64,000 bases of DNA. Origin: Gracilinanus agilis. Taxonomy: Eukaryota. The stretch's first letter is position 1. Each line of letters opens with the position of its first letter. The position numbers and the translations under genes were made by a program. Below, piece by piece: positions 1 to 12,820 of the stretch. Location of the stretch: positions 562,971,577 to 563,035,576 of the forward strand of contig NC_058131.1 of NCBI RefSeq assembly GCF_016433145.1, given 5' to 3'. The notes beneath the pieces are model-generated. The model was not told the DNA's origin and did not search any database. It saw only the letters and a list, made by a program, of their open reading frames with translations.

Positions 1-321
1 AATCAAGTTGATTTGTCCAAGGCCACACAGCTAATAAGTGTCAGAATTAAGATTTTCATTCCAAAGTCAGTCATTTTTCTACTATAACATCACAAAGATA
101 TCAGCTACTCTCTTGCTCAAAAGATTAAATTCCTCACAAAAAGTGATTATTGACTGACTTACTACTTCCCTATTTTTGAGCATATTTAAAGTCTGAAATT
201 GCACTCTGAATCCTGTTATAGTAATTCAGCTGATTAGAACTATTGATTCATTCAATTCAATTATCAATAAACATTATCAAAGACTTCGTATGTGCTAGGC
301 ACTATGCTAAACATCAGGGGT

Positions 322-545
322 TTGTTCAATTGTTTATCAGTCTGTTCTATTCTTTGTGACCTCATTTGGGGGTTTTCTTGGCAAGGATACTGGAGTGGTT
401 TGCCATTTTCTTCTCTAGCTCATTTTACAGGTGAGGAAACTGAGGCACACCAGGTTAAATGACTTGACCAGGGTCACAACAGCTAGTAAGTGTCTGTGGC
501 TACATTTGAACCCAGAGAGGAGTTGCTTTATCCACTTCACCACTA
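322..545 (-). mobile_element. Mar1-type CORE-SINE
   Basis: CORE motif plus the GGAGTGGTTTGCCATTT RTE-like tail, in reverse orientation. Confidence 0.7.
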
Positions 546-1154
546 AAAGTACTATGCATACAAATGCAAAAAGAAAGAATGCCTACCATCAAGGAGGTTA
601 TTATTTAATAGGAGGAAGACAACATCCCCAAAATAATCAATAGGCAGGTGAAGTGGGGTGAGATATTTATTCAAATCAACAATGATCTGTTCAGCACCTG
701 CCATTATGCCAGTCACTGAATAAACAAAGACAAAATAAAAACTGTCCCTGCCTTGAAGAAGTTTAAATCCTAGATTTAATAGGATTTAAATAGAATCGTT
801 TTGTAGACATGATAAACTTTGAAACAACATTAGGGGTAGATAGCAGCTACCAAAGTAGATTAGACAAGCCTGGAGATGAGAGGTCCTGGGTTCAAATTGT
901 GGGCAAGTCACTTATAGCCTTCATTGTCTAGCCCTCACCACTCTTATGCCTTGGAACAGATATTTAGTATTGATTCTAAGACAGAAGGTAAGGGTGTGAA
1001 AAAAAAAAAAAGGACATTAGAAAACATCCCATCCACCCCACTCCTCATTCAGAAACTGAGATCTAGGGAAGGGATATGACTTGCCTAAGGTCACTTGCTA
1101 AAGAGCAAGTAACATATAATAATAAATACTACACATCCAATTAAAAGGCTTTCA

Positions 1155-1351
1155 GGGGCAGCTGGGTAGCTCAGTGGATTGAGAGCCATGCCTAGAGACG
1201 GGAGGTCCTAGGTTCAAATCCGGCCTCAGACTCTTCCCAGCTGTGTGACCCTGGGCAAGTCACTTGACCCCCATTGCCCACCCTTACCACTCTTCCACCT
1301 ATAAGTCAATACACAGAAGTTAAGGGTTTAAAAATAAAAAAAAAAAAAAAA
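1155..1351 (+). mobile_element. SINE1_Mdo-type, young short-tail copy
   Basis: GGGGCAGCTGGGTAGCTCAGTGG head, CORE, poly-A. TSD AAAAGGCT. Confidence 0.9.
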
Positions 1352-4300
1352 GGCTCTCATCTCCTCTAGAGACAAATCCAATAAAGTTATTCCACTGGTT
1401 TCTGTCCATCTGGGCGTCTAGGAAGATAGTTTCAAGAAAACAAATGTTTAGTCTTTATGTTCAGTCAGCTCCTCAGGCATGAGAGCAAATGGATGTGTTG
1501 TTGGTTCTTTCTTGCTAAGGGGCTCCTATCATGGGAGTCCATAGAAATAAGGGTTTCTAGCTTGTTTGGTGACATGGTAAGTAAGAAGGTGTCTCTGGGT
1601 CATTGCTGGATGAACCAAATGCAAGTAACCTCAAGTGCTTTAATCTGTTCATGATGAAGAGAGGCACCAGGATCACAGGATTTGAGAGATGAAAAGGATC
1701 TTAAGAGATCATTTCAGCTAACCATCTTTGTATTACAGATATTAATTCATTAAGTTTCTCCCAGAGAGCAGAAGGCAGCACTGGAGTATGAACCCAGGAC
1801 CTCTGACCCTCCTTCCAGAACACTCTCCACTATAGCATGTGTTGGAACTTCTGTATATAACAAATTAGTTGAAGCCCCGTCTCCCAAGACCTAGCAGGAT
1901 AATTGGCAATACTATCCCTCTTCACACCAGTCTCTTCTCCTTTGCCTTTCCTCAACTCAGGCTCATGATCCCCAAAGAAAATCTTAAAAGTTTGTTTTTT
2001 CTAAAAATCAGACTTATCCTTGGAACTCACCACTGTCTTGTTCGTATGCTCTAGTTGCAATTTCTTACAGATGTTTGAATCTACCCGGTGTTGAAAGATG
2101 CCCCCTTCTACTCGTTCCCTGAATCTGCTGTGTATTCAGTTCTCTCGTCTCTGGGGCTCATGGCTAATAGGACTTGAAAATATTGTTTTCTATCTTAATT
2201 TCTTTTTTCTTCTCCTCAAGAAGACTGGTTATCAAGCAAAAGTCCAAAGGAAACCATTTATTTTTCCAAACTGTAAAAATAATTTTTTTTTAGTGTGACC
2301 CAATTTTAGATCTTTACAAGATTTGGACTTTTTTGTTTCCTTTTTGGCCTTAGAGGCAGGAAGGGGGCCACCAGCCCATGGAGGGAAGGGGACCGGCATA
2401 TGGTTCAAGGCCATGTGGGACCGGGGTTAGAGAAGTGAGAGCAGGAGGAGGGAAATGCAGGCTTTGGGCCAGCCAAGTGGGGGCCTCGCTGAAATGGAGG
2501 GGAAGCACACACGGAAGACAGACACGTGGAAGCTGGACACAAAAAAGGAGAGGATGGATGATATGGGGTGGGGACTGAAGTGAGGTAGCTAAGTGCAGAG
2601 ACAGACACATGGGCCTCGTCACTCAGGTGGGTGGGAAGGTCTCAAGCCAAGCCGCCCATGCAGTGCAGCAGTGAGGAGGGAGGGCAGCAATCTGTTCTAC
2701 TTTCACTTGGAGGATTTTTAAGTCTTTTTTGATGGGGTCAGGGAAGGCTACCCAGCTAGAAGCAGAGGGCAAAGTAGACATAAGTTTTTTTTTTAATGCA
2801 GATTGCTCTCAAAATTCTTTGCCTAAAGTCAAATTTGCCTAATAAGAATTTACTTAACACAAGAATTGTGTATAGTCTTAGGGGCGCTTTTTCCATTATG
2901 TCACTAGGTATTTACATGCCAAATGCCCAAGTTTTCAAAGCTATTGCCCAAAGGTCATGGTAATTCATTGTTCTGCTTTTTTTTTTTTTAAACCCTGACC
3001 TTCTGTCTTAGAATCATTACTGTGCTAGTGTCTGTAACACCGGAGGTCTCATTAAAGCTCCTTAAATCGTTTTGCTCCATGGCCCCATTGACTTAGCTGC
3101 TCTGCTTCTCAGCTTCGCCATTTATAAAACAGCATTAATAGCTACTCTGCCAACTTCATTTCTGGACTCTTTGAGAATGACCTGTGCATAAACTGAGGGA
3201 TATGAAAAGGGAGCAGGAAGACTTCTGCAGTTTTTAAGTGCAAAAACCATCTTCATAATTATACAACCAACTTTTCCCTTCATTACTCATCGTTCAGCTC
3301 ATATACTTTCACCCTAACATGAGGCATGCTAAGTTCAACAAAAAGAACCATCCACCTTTTTTTTTCCCCTCAAAAAAACAAAAACAAAAACCCTTACTTC
3401 TTTCTTGGAATCAGTACTATGTATTGGTTCCAAGGCAGAAGAGTGGTAAGGCCTAGGCAATGGGGGTTAAGGGACTTATGTGATATTGGAAATTTGGGGG
3501 TCCTTGAACTAATTTTGAGGTCCCTGATCTAAACTTCCTGAGGACATTTAGATCTCTTTCAAACTACATTCCCCATGATTCCTGGCTTACCCAAATGACA
3601 GAGGCAATTACCTAATAATGTAAATGAAGATTAAAAAGTGAATGCCTGAGATGGTATGCACTCTATCTTTTTTGGGATTGTGGAGCAAGAGGATGGGAGG
3701 AGCGGGTAAATGGCGGGTCCCTTTATAAATAACTCAACAGGCATGTGGCTTCATTTTTCTAAATGGCTTTCAATAAACCCTTTGAAATCATGATATTTTT
3801 AATTTTATCACTATATTAATTTTATTTCTTACGCTCACAGCTAGGAAGTACTTGAGTTCAGATTTGAACCCAGGACTTCTGGTCTCTGGGCCTGATACGC
3901 AATCCACTGATCCATCTTGCTGCCTCCAAACTATATACTTTTAATGTGACCCAATCATTGAACACCTACTCCCATCTTTCTTGCCTATGTTTTAAACACT
4001 ACCTGCAGATTAGTTAATGAGTGGGGACTTATTTGGTGATGGCCACCCATAAAACAAAGAATAATAAAGTGTAAAGTACAAAGGCCAATTCTGTTTTTCT
4101 TTCTTTGGGGACCTGAATATTTACCAGATTTAAGACTTCAGGCTGAGAATCCAAATAGTTTTTGCTCCCTCTTTCACAAGGATAATGCAGAAATGGGGAG
4201 AAGGAAGGGCAGTTAAGGAGATTTGGGTACAGGTTGTACAAGATTACCTGTGAGGTTCTTTCATATTTGACATTCTGAGACCTACACAGCAATACCAGGA

Positions 4301-4509
4301 GTCAATTGGTGACCAGGGATGGGTTTATGCCACTCACCCCTAGAGTGTGCTTATTATATTCAAATATATTCATGAAAATAAAATTATATTTAAACTCTCA
4401 CATGGAGTTTGAATCAAACTTTCTATCTGACCTTTATAATTTCTCCTTCACCCATTCACATGTAGTATCCTACAGGGACACTCAACAGTACCAACAATAG
4501 GAATGAAAA

Positions 4510-4712
4510 AGGGGCAGGAGGTGGCTCAGTGGATAGAGCCAGACCAAGAGATGGGAAGTCCTGGATTTGAATCTGGTCTCACTTCCTAGCTGTGTGATCC
4601 TGGGTAAGTCACTTCATCCCAATTGCCTAGCTCTTACAGCAATTCCATGCCTCGGAACCAATACATGATATTGATTCTAAGTTGGAAGATAAAAGTTAAA
4701 AAACAAAAAATG
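4510..4712 (+). mobile_element. SINE1-type (older)
   Basis: Head, CORE and long tail recognisable but diverged. Confidence 0.75.
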
Positions 4713-5019
4713 AAAAGGTGCTACGATATCACAGCTTGTGGCTGTCCTATGAGTGGTAGAGAGTTTTTACAGGTAAAAGCTGGACCTGGTGAATACAGAG
4801 ACCAGATGTAAAACTGCTATTTGAAAGAGGAATTAATGACTTTATCATCTGGGACTCAGGAAACATGCCAGGCCTCTGAAATCTGCAGATGACTAAATCT
4901 ATATATGGGCGTCCTGACACTGTCTGACAATTCCACATCCTGCTAAGTCATCCATTATGGTGGGATTTGTTGACATCAGCCTTCAAGTTTTTATTTAGGA
5001 CAGGATTGTTCCTATTTCA

Positions 5020-5345
5020 ATTAACCCCAGCAACAGTGCCATTTACATTCTCCTTTTTCTTTTCAAACATTTTACTGATGATCTTGGAAGAAAAAATTGT
5101 AAATTGCTTTACAATGAATCCCCTTCTTCACTCCAGCTCTCCCCAAACTCCCCACAAACTATCTCTTTCTTATAACAAAGAAGTGTGTGCAACAAATCAA
5201 CATGTTGTCCTTGTTTGACAATGTATGCCTCTTTCTCCACCTGGGGTTCACTGCCTCTAATGAGAGGTAACGCCTCAACATCCTCTGGTGACCTTGCCAC
5301 CACTCACAGTGAACTGTGTACCCTATTGAGGCAATAATATCAACT
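5020..5345 (-). mobile_element. Old L1 3'-end fragment
   Basis: T-rich strand resembling marsupial L1 3' UTR. Boundaries approximate. Confidence 0.45.
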
Positions 5346-5364
5346 GCTTGCAAAATAAGTTGTT

Positions 5365-5573
5365 GGAGGGGTCAAACATGTGGCCTGTGCACCCATGAGG
5401 GCCACAACACTCCCAAGCAATGCCTGAACTGGATTGGTTCTCGTCTGATTTTAATGTGTTGATATATTCATGAAAAAAAAAAATGAAAACGTGATTTTCT
5501 AAGTTAATATACGATCTGGGATCCTTGTGTATGGATTGATGACCCCCATTTCTATTTGAGTTTGACATCATGG
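5365..5573. mobile_element. Older hAT-type MITE
   Basis: Imperfect TIRs GGAGGGGTCAAAC ... GAGTTTGACATCATGG. Interior resembles a common marsupial MITE as recalled. TSD not discernible. Confidence 0.5.
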
Positions 5574-6687
5574 ATTTAAGTGATCTAAGTATTGCCCATT
5601 CAAAGCAAGTGTTGTGTGAGGTTAAAAACATATCTTATTATGTATCAAATATATTATTATATAATTTTAGAAACCTGTGATTTTGTCTAAATGGTGTCCA
5701 CATCGACTGACACAGAAGACAGCCATAATCTACCTTAGTTTGTGTCTTCCTGAGGATCTACAGCTGAAAAAAATTGATTCTTGGTAGCCAATCTGCTGCC
5801 TCCCAATATCCCTAAACTCAACAAAAATGGTCCTCTTTGGATGACAGGCATACTAGTTGGCGGCCAGGCAGAGCTTATTCTGTGCTATCAGCCTTCAACA
5901 ACTGTAATAGAGAAGATAGAAGCCCAACCTAGGTTCAAATCTGACCTCAGATACTTCCTACCTGTGTGAGCCTGGGCAAGTCATTTAACCCCAATTGCCG
6001 AGCCTTTGCCATTCTTTTTTTTTCCTTCTCAGAATTGATACTAACACAGAAGGTAACAGTTTAAAAAAAAGAATTGTAGCAGAAGAACACAGTTAATGAG
6101 CCTTATTCATTCTAAAGGTGGTCAGCAGCTGTTCTATTGTCTGTGTCTTCGGAAAAACAGGACCACAACCGAGCTTTTATTTCAGGATGCTTTGAAACAA
6201 TTTTGAGAATGCAGAGAATCAAGTTTCCACGTCTGTCTCCTCTCCAGGACCAGTTCCACACAACAAAAGCCCACCTGATTCCTTTTCTAACAGATTTCTT
6301 GTTAGTGCTCTAGCTCGTAGGTAGAGGAAGATATGAGAATAATATCCTGGCCTGTATTAATCACAAGCTAAAACAGTTTCATCAGGGACAAAGCCTTTTT
6401 TTTTTTTTAATTTTACCTAAAGCTAGAATAGGCTTTAATTCAGCGAGAGAGTCCTGTCTCATTTTCCAGATGCTCATTCTACAAGGGGCAAACTAGGATT
6501 TGAAACACAAACAAGTCAGGATTATCAACAGGTGCTGTACCTCTCCCAGGGGACCAGGAAAACAACCTCAAGGTACGCAGTCTGGGAGGGACCATTTCAA
6601 GAATGTAAATCCCAAAGCCAAGGACAAGGCTTGGGAATAAATCCCTATGATACAGCTAAATGACTCTGTAAGAACTTTATCCCCCAA

Positions 6688-6955
6688 GGGAACCTAGGTG
6701 GCTCCATGGATAGAATGTAAGACCTAGAGTTGGGAGGTCCTAGGTTCAAAGGTGACCTCAGACACTTCCTGGATGCGTGACTCTGGGCAAATCACTTTAC
6801 CCAGTTTACCTCATCTCCTCATCTATAGAATAAGCTGGAAATGGCAAACACTCCATTATCTTCACCCACTTAACCCCAACTGCCTAGCCCTTTCTGCTTC
6901 TCTGCCTTGGAGCCAATATTTAGTATTGATTCTGAGACAGAAAGTAAGGGTTTTT
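6688..6955 (+). mobile_element. Chimeric SINE1/Mar1 element
   Basis: SINE head and CORE, then a ~70-bp Mar1 segment, then a second CACTTAACCCC and a SINE1 tail. Confidence 0.7.
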
Positions 6956-7515
6956 CACCCCCTGTGATCACTGCAAATAATATAAGACTCAATATGGTGG
7001 TTAGGTTTGCTGAATTAATTTTTAAATATCCCTTTTAATAAAAAAGGGTGTTTTTTGGAAGGAATAATAAGGGAATAAATATAAATAAATATAAAAATAA
7101 AGGGAATAATAAGAAATATAGGTGACAAAAATAAAAGAAATAAATTTAAAATATATTAACAAAAGAGAATTTCAAACTCTGGCTACAAGTATGTGAAAGA
7201 AAAAGTTTTAGGAAAGGAATTCTACTCTTTTTCCAGAGGAAATGAGCCACACATAGCCAAAGAGTGCCTAATTCCCCAGTTTTCTTCTGTAGCTACTGTC
7301 AAGTATACAGAAAACACATTCCAGCCAAGAATGCAGAGCTCAGCTCGTCACTGAAAAAAAGTAACTATAATGCTGCCAGTGGACCACGAGAGGCCCTTAG
7401 TGAGCTGTAGCTATCTAAAAGTTAGCTGTGCTAAGAATGGAGAGTAGGAAGCCTTAACAACAATAATAACAACAACAGTGATGGCATTTATTTAGCACTA
7501 TATGCCAGCCAAGCA

Positions 7516-7755
7516 CAGCTAGGTGGTGCAGTCAATAGAGTGCTGGTCCAGGATATCAGAAGATCTGTCTTCCTGCGATCAAATCCAGCCCCACACTCTT
7601 ACTAGCTGTGTAACTCTGGGCAAGTCACTTCACCCAGTTTGTCTTGTCTCCTCATTGATGAAATGAACTGGAAATGGCAAACACTCCATTATTGATGCCA
7701 AGAAAATCCCAAAAAGGGTCATGAAGAGTCAGACATGACTGAATAAACAACTGAA
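7516..7755 (+). mobile_element. Mar1 CORE-SINE
   Basis: Head, CORE and GGAAATGGCAAACACTCC ... GGGTCATGAAGAGTCAGACATGACTGAA tail. Confidence 0.8.
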
Positions 7756-7864
7756 CCATAAACCTGCCTGGCAACATGCTTAGCAATTTGTAATCACTGC
7801 CCATCTCTTTCATCTCTCTGTCTCCATCTGCCTCCCTCTCTCCCCCCCCCCCCTTCTTCCTTTT

Positions 7865-8028
7865 ATTAAAGAAAAAAATCCTTGTCTTCAGTCTTAAGAG
7901 TCGATTTGAAGTTCTGGTTCTTTTAGAAGAGCAGTAAGGGCTAGGCAATTAGGGTTAAGTGACTTGTTCAGGATCGCCTCTCAAGAAAGTGTCTGTGGCT
8001 GGATCCGAAGCCAGGGTCTCCCAAATCC
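7865..8028 (-). mobile_element. SINE1-type (older)
   Basis: Ends in CCACTGAGCCACCTAGCTGCCCC, the reverse of the head. Confidence 0.75.
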
Positions 8029-9171
8029 AGAGCTGCCTCTCTATCCACTGAGCCACCTAGCTGCCCCTGTAAATCTCTTTCTATAGGACTGGTAATATGT
8101 GTAATTTCTATAAAGGGCATCTGAAAGCCAGGCATGCGTTTAGGTCTTCCCTATTAAATCCACAGCAATAAAATGTAATCAGATGTGAATTAGGTGGAAA
8201 GACAGAAAATTGATGGACTCATCTGTCTAGAAACTTTACCACATCCTAAACTGGCATCTTTTAAAAATCCCTAGTCTCCCCAGCTCCCTAGAACCTTTCT
8301 GCTTGGGACAATTAAGTATGGAATTGGAAACCGCGATGACACAGACAAGAAAGGCAGAACTTGAAATCTGCTTTAGATTATGCAGCGATCACTCTAGTGC
8401 CAGGATTTTGAGGCTAGTGAGGCAGCCACTTAAGCACATGCAGCTTTTGAATTTCCCAAGTACCAAAGTTTCTGCTGTTTGTGTTGATTCCACTTTAAGA
8501 ATTTTGAGAGCTTGGCTTTTCCCGCCCCCCTCCCAATTTGTTTAAACAAGCAGTTTCCTGGTGCTCATCCCCTGTATCATTCTTTGTAAAATGGGGACCA
8601 AAGAGCTCCTCTGGAGGGGGGAATCAATAACCTCCAGAAGGTCCCAGAAACATGACTCAAAGAGGAAAGACTTAGAATGGAAAGCTATGGGGATTAGAAG
8701 CCTCTCTTCCTGTTTTCCATGCACTTAAGAGCTGTTTCCTCTCATCAGGGTTTCATGAGGATGAGGGGTTTTCCAGGTGTAGTTTTTAGCCCCCAGAGTC
8801 AACCCGGACGACTTGGTGATGATTTCTGGACCCAAAGCTTGCTGTAACCGAGCAGGGCAGCCAAATGGGCTGCAAGGCAGCTGCTAGGGAGGGGTGGCCC
8901 CCGCCTGTGGATCATGTTGCAGCAAAAGCTGGTCCTTGTGGGCATCGCTGTGGTTACTCAGCCTTGTTCCCTTCAGTCTGCAGGGTGGCCTTGGACAGCG
9001 TTCTGTGGCTTTGAATCGCGAGGATCACCTTCACCTCACAGAATCCTTGGCTTTAAGGCTCAGCTCAAATATCATCTTTCCAGCCCTGTTTTCTTCCTGC
9101 TCCTCTCTTCACCCTACCACCAGTTACAGTGGCTTCTTCACTAAGATTACATTTCAATTATGCCAAATGTA

Positions 9172-9663
9172 GGGGCAGCTAGGTAGCACATTGGATAGAG
9201 AGCCAGGCCTGGAGCCAAGAGACCTGGGTTCAAATCTGGCCTCAGAAACTTCCTAGCTGTGTGAGCCTGGGCAAGTCACTTAAACCATTTTGCCTCAGTT
9301 TTCTCCTCTGTAAAATGAGCTGAATAAGGAAATAAACCACTTCTGGGCAAGTCACTTAACCTTGTTTGTCTCAGTTTTCTCCTCTGTAAAATAAGCTGGA
9401 TAAGGAAATGACAAAACCCTCCTGGGAAAGTCACTTAACCTTGTTTGCTTCAGTTTTCCCCTCTGTAAAACTAAAAGAAGAAGGAAATGATAAACCACTC
9501 CTGGGCAAGTCACTTAACCCTGTCTGCCTCAATTTCCCTCTCTGTTAAAGGAGATGAAGAAAGAAATGACAAACCACACCAGGAGAAGTCACTTAACCCT
9601 GTCTGCCTCAGTTTCCTCCTTTGTAAAATGAGCTGGAAAAAGAAATGGCAGACCACTTCTATA

Positions 9664-9704
<41 letters not shown>

Positions 9705-9965
9705 TTTTTAAACCCTTAACTTCTGTGTATTGGCTCCTTGATGGAAGAGTGGTAAGGGTGGGCAATGGGGGTCAAGTGACTTGCCCAGGTCACACAGCTG
9801 GGAAGTGTTTGAGGCCGGATTTGAACCTAGGACCTCCCGTCTCTAGGCCTGACTCTCAATCCACTGAGCTACCCAGATGTCCCCTCACTCCAGTCTATTT
9901 GCCAAGAAAACTAATTGGGGTCATAAAGAATTGGACACAACTGAAATGACTGAACAACAACAAGA
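9172..9965 (+). mobile_element. Mar1 SINE with internal 5 x ~79-bp tandem array, interrupted by (AT)n and a SINE1
   Basis: Units start at 9267, 9343, 9422, 9501 and 9580. The Mar1 tail resumes at ~9886. Confidence 0.85.
9696..9884 (-). mobile_element. SINE1_Mdo-type, short-tail
   Basis: Near-consensus reverse copy with poly-T and an adjacent (AT)n at 9661-9696. Confidence 0.9.
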
Positions 9966-10359
9966 AGGGTCAAAGAAATGGGTTTGGATCCCATCTCTAC
10001 CCGATTAACAAGCTATTTGGCCTTGAGTCAGACCCTTCAATGTTCAGCTTTAGCTATAAAGTAGGGATAATAACACATGCACTAATTCACAGGGTTCTTT
10101 TTAAGGATCAAATTAGGTAACATATGCAAAAGGATTTTATACACCATGAAGCATTATACAAATGCAAACTGCTATTATTACATCCACAGCCATAAATAGC
10201 TTCTTGGTGTTTTGTTCCCATTGTACCAGGGTCCACGTGGCTGCTCATGAAGTTAAGATTTCCATTTTGAGAGGAAGGAAAAAAAGAAATTATTTCTGCC
10301 ATACTGTTTGTGCAGGTGTTCTCTAAGACCCCCCTCCAGCTTTACTTGTCTATGATTCT

Positions 10360-10562
10360 TTTTTAAAAAAATTCTTACCAACGGTCTTAGAATTGATATT
10401 AAGTATTGATTCCAAGAAAGAAGAATTGTAAGGGCTTGGAAATTGGGTTAAGTGACTTGCCCAAGGTCACACAGCTAGGACGTATCTGAGGCCATATTTG
10501 AACCCAGGATGTGTCATCTCTCAGACTGGCTTTCTACCCACCGAGCCACCTAGCTGTCCCTG
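10360..10562 (-). mobile_element. SINE1-type (older)
   Basis: Reverse head and CORE motifs. Confidence 0.75.
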
Positions 10563-10674
10563 ACTATGATTCAAATACCCTTGGAAAACAGCCATTAACC
10601 TTTCCTTGACCATTCCTGGCAGGTTGCAGGGAGAGATGGTGTCACCTGGATTTAGGATATATTTTGTTACTCAC

Positions 10675-10820
10675 CTGAGAGACACAGACAGAATTCTCTC
10701 CATTTCAATTCTCCTCTTCAACACCTCCTTCATCATGCCCTTGTCGGGCCCCTGCTTCACCTTTTCTCTCCCGATCAAATACAAACACTTTGGGGTAAGA
10801 ACCAAGTCTCTCTTTATGCC
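10675..10820 (-). CDS. MYO1E: MYO1E exon 22 (TH1)
   Basis: [48 protein letters not shown](S). 146 bp, acceptor ttacag, donor gtgagt, phase 0 to 2. Residues match MYO1E rather than MYO1F as recalled. Confidence 0.97.
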
Positions 10821-11032
10821 CTGTAAAGAGAATGAGTACAGTCAGGAGTCTGGGAAGAGTTGGTGGTGGTTCACCATGAAGGGCACCCTTGGAAGGGCTG
10901 TGAGCAGGAATCCTGAATGGTTTAGCTTTGGGGTAGTAAAGTTGTCGTACGTGAAGCTACCACAGAGATGATCATGGCTGGACTCTCCTACTTCCTGTAT
11001 GACATGGACCCCTTACTCAGAATAACATTTTT

Positions 11033-11214
11033 TTTTAAACCCTTATACTTTCGGTGTATTGTCTCATAGGTGGAAGAGTGGTAAGGGTGGGCAATGGGGG
11101 TCAAGTGACCTGCCCAGGGTCACACATCTGGGAAGTGTCTGAGGCCGGGTTTGAACCTAGGACCTCCTGTCTCTAGGCCTGACTCTCACTCCACTGAGCT
11201 ACCCAGCTGCCCCC
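11033..11214 (-). mobile_element. SINE1_Mdo-type, young short-tail
   Basis: Full length. 16-bp TSD TCAGAATAACATTTTT (11017-32 / 11215-30). Confidence 0.93.
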
Positions 11215-12619
11215 TCAGAATAACATTTTTAAGTGCAAAAAATAAAGGAAACCAATTATATTAAAATATAGTGATCCAAAGAAAAAAGGTGAAGAATCCC
11301 TCAGTGATCTCTTTCCATTCTAGATCTAAGATCCTATTAAGGATGCTGGGAAACTAGGCCAAAGGCAGACTACTCAGAGGCTCCCGGGACCGAAAGTGGC
11401 TCTCCCCATGCCCACATCAGCAGCAGGGTCAGCATCCAAAGACAGCAGCTTTTATAATTGCCTCCTGATCGTCTGTGGTGTATCGGTGGTAGAAAATCTC
11501 ATGGCAATGCAAAAACTAAAACTTCTTTTTCAAAAAACCCAAACTGGAGCATCTACATAAAGCAACATGGTTTGTGGTTTGAGCTTAAGCTATTTCCCCA
11601 GTCAGTCTCTGGGGAAGGGGCTAACAGGCAGTGAAATAACAAGAACGTGGCTAGTGGTGGCACCATGGAACAGAGCATTCAGAACACCCTCACACTGGAT
11701 CATTACTCCCTAAATTATCAAGATTCTTTGTGCCCTTTTTCACAGGAGAAACATTTCTTCCTAATGAGGAAACTGTTTGTAGCTGCAGAAGACACACGGA
11801 AAGAAGCTCTATATTTGCTGACTGGAAACCAAGTTGCCTATTGTGAAAGGACCTTCTTTAATTAACCTTCAGTGTCTCAACTGCAATTATCAACCCCTAA
11901 TTCTCCATGCCTGGGTGTTATGCTAGCATGTATGGGGCATAATGTTGGTGTTGGGGGTCAGGAAGACTCAAGATAAAATTCTACATCAGTCTTTGTGGAA
12001 TCTTGCATCCTTCACAAAGCCCCTCAGCCTCTCTTTCCTCATCAGTAAAATGGGGTTAATAAATAGATCCTTATAGGGATGTTGTGATATGTAAGGATTT
12101 TCCAAATTTCAAAATGCTGTATAAATATTAGCTATTATCCAGTAACAACAATGATAACTACAGATACAAAGGATGCTGGAGGACTTTTTGGGGTTGATTG
12201 TGATTGATTCTCACTAAAGAGCCCTCGGAGAGGGAGAAAGGCAAAGGTCAGAGATATCTCTTTCTATTTTATGGGTAAAAAACAAAACAAAACAAGACTA
12301 GCAAAAGTAATCATGCTAGTGATCTGGGATTGGCAGAGGTAGTCTCCCGAATCCAGGTCACCCTGCCAGTCTAGGATTTCATCACTGACACTACCTCATT
12401 TGCCACAGATACCTTTGAGGTGTCTCATTTTTGTGGCACTCCTTGCTTCATTTTTATAAGTCTTCCTCTCCTGCCTCATCATTTCTTATGATTGTCTCCA
12501 ACTGGCACCACTCCTTCCATGGTTTAGCACCATTTTCTAATTCATAGATTGTTAGGTCCCAGATATCACTACTTAAGTAATGGTGCATTGGATGGAAGCA
12601 TTCTTTTTTCTTCCTTTTT

Positions 12620-12820
12620 AAAAAAAAATAATCCTTATCTTCCTTAGAACTGATAGTAAGTACCAGTTTCAAGGCAGAAGAGCAGAAAGGGCTAGGCAAT
12701 TGGGATTAAGTGACTTAGCCTGGATCACACAACTTAGAAGTGTCTAAGGCCAAATTCGAACCCAGGACCTCTTGATTCCAGGACTGGCACTAGGTCCACT
12801 GAGCTACCTGGCTGCTCCAA
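12620..12820 (-). mobile_element. SINE1-type (older)
   Basis: Reverse head, CORE and tail. Confidence 0.75.

Noticed and set aside
2340-2700. GC- and purine-rich stretch with overlapping short ORFs
   Set aside because: No CpG island, splice structure or known motif cluster that I can support from sequence alone.
8894-8910. CTCF-like GC-rich motif (CCACAGGCGGGGGCCAC on the - strand)
   Set aside because: Mismatches at core consensus positions and no supporting context.
10606-10971. 121-aa + strand ORF, and the similar 27260..27490 ORF
   Set aside because: Antisense shadows of MYO1E exons 22 and 19 with no recognisable protein features.
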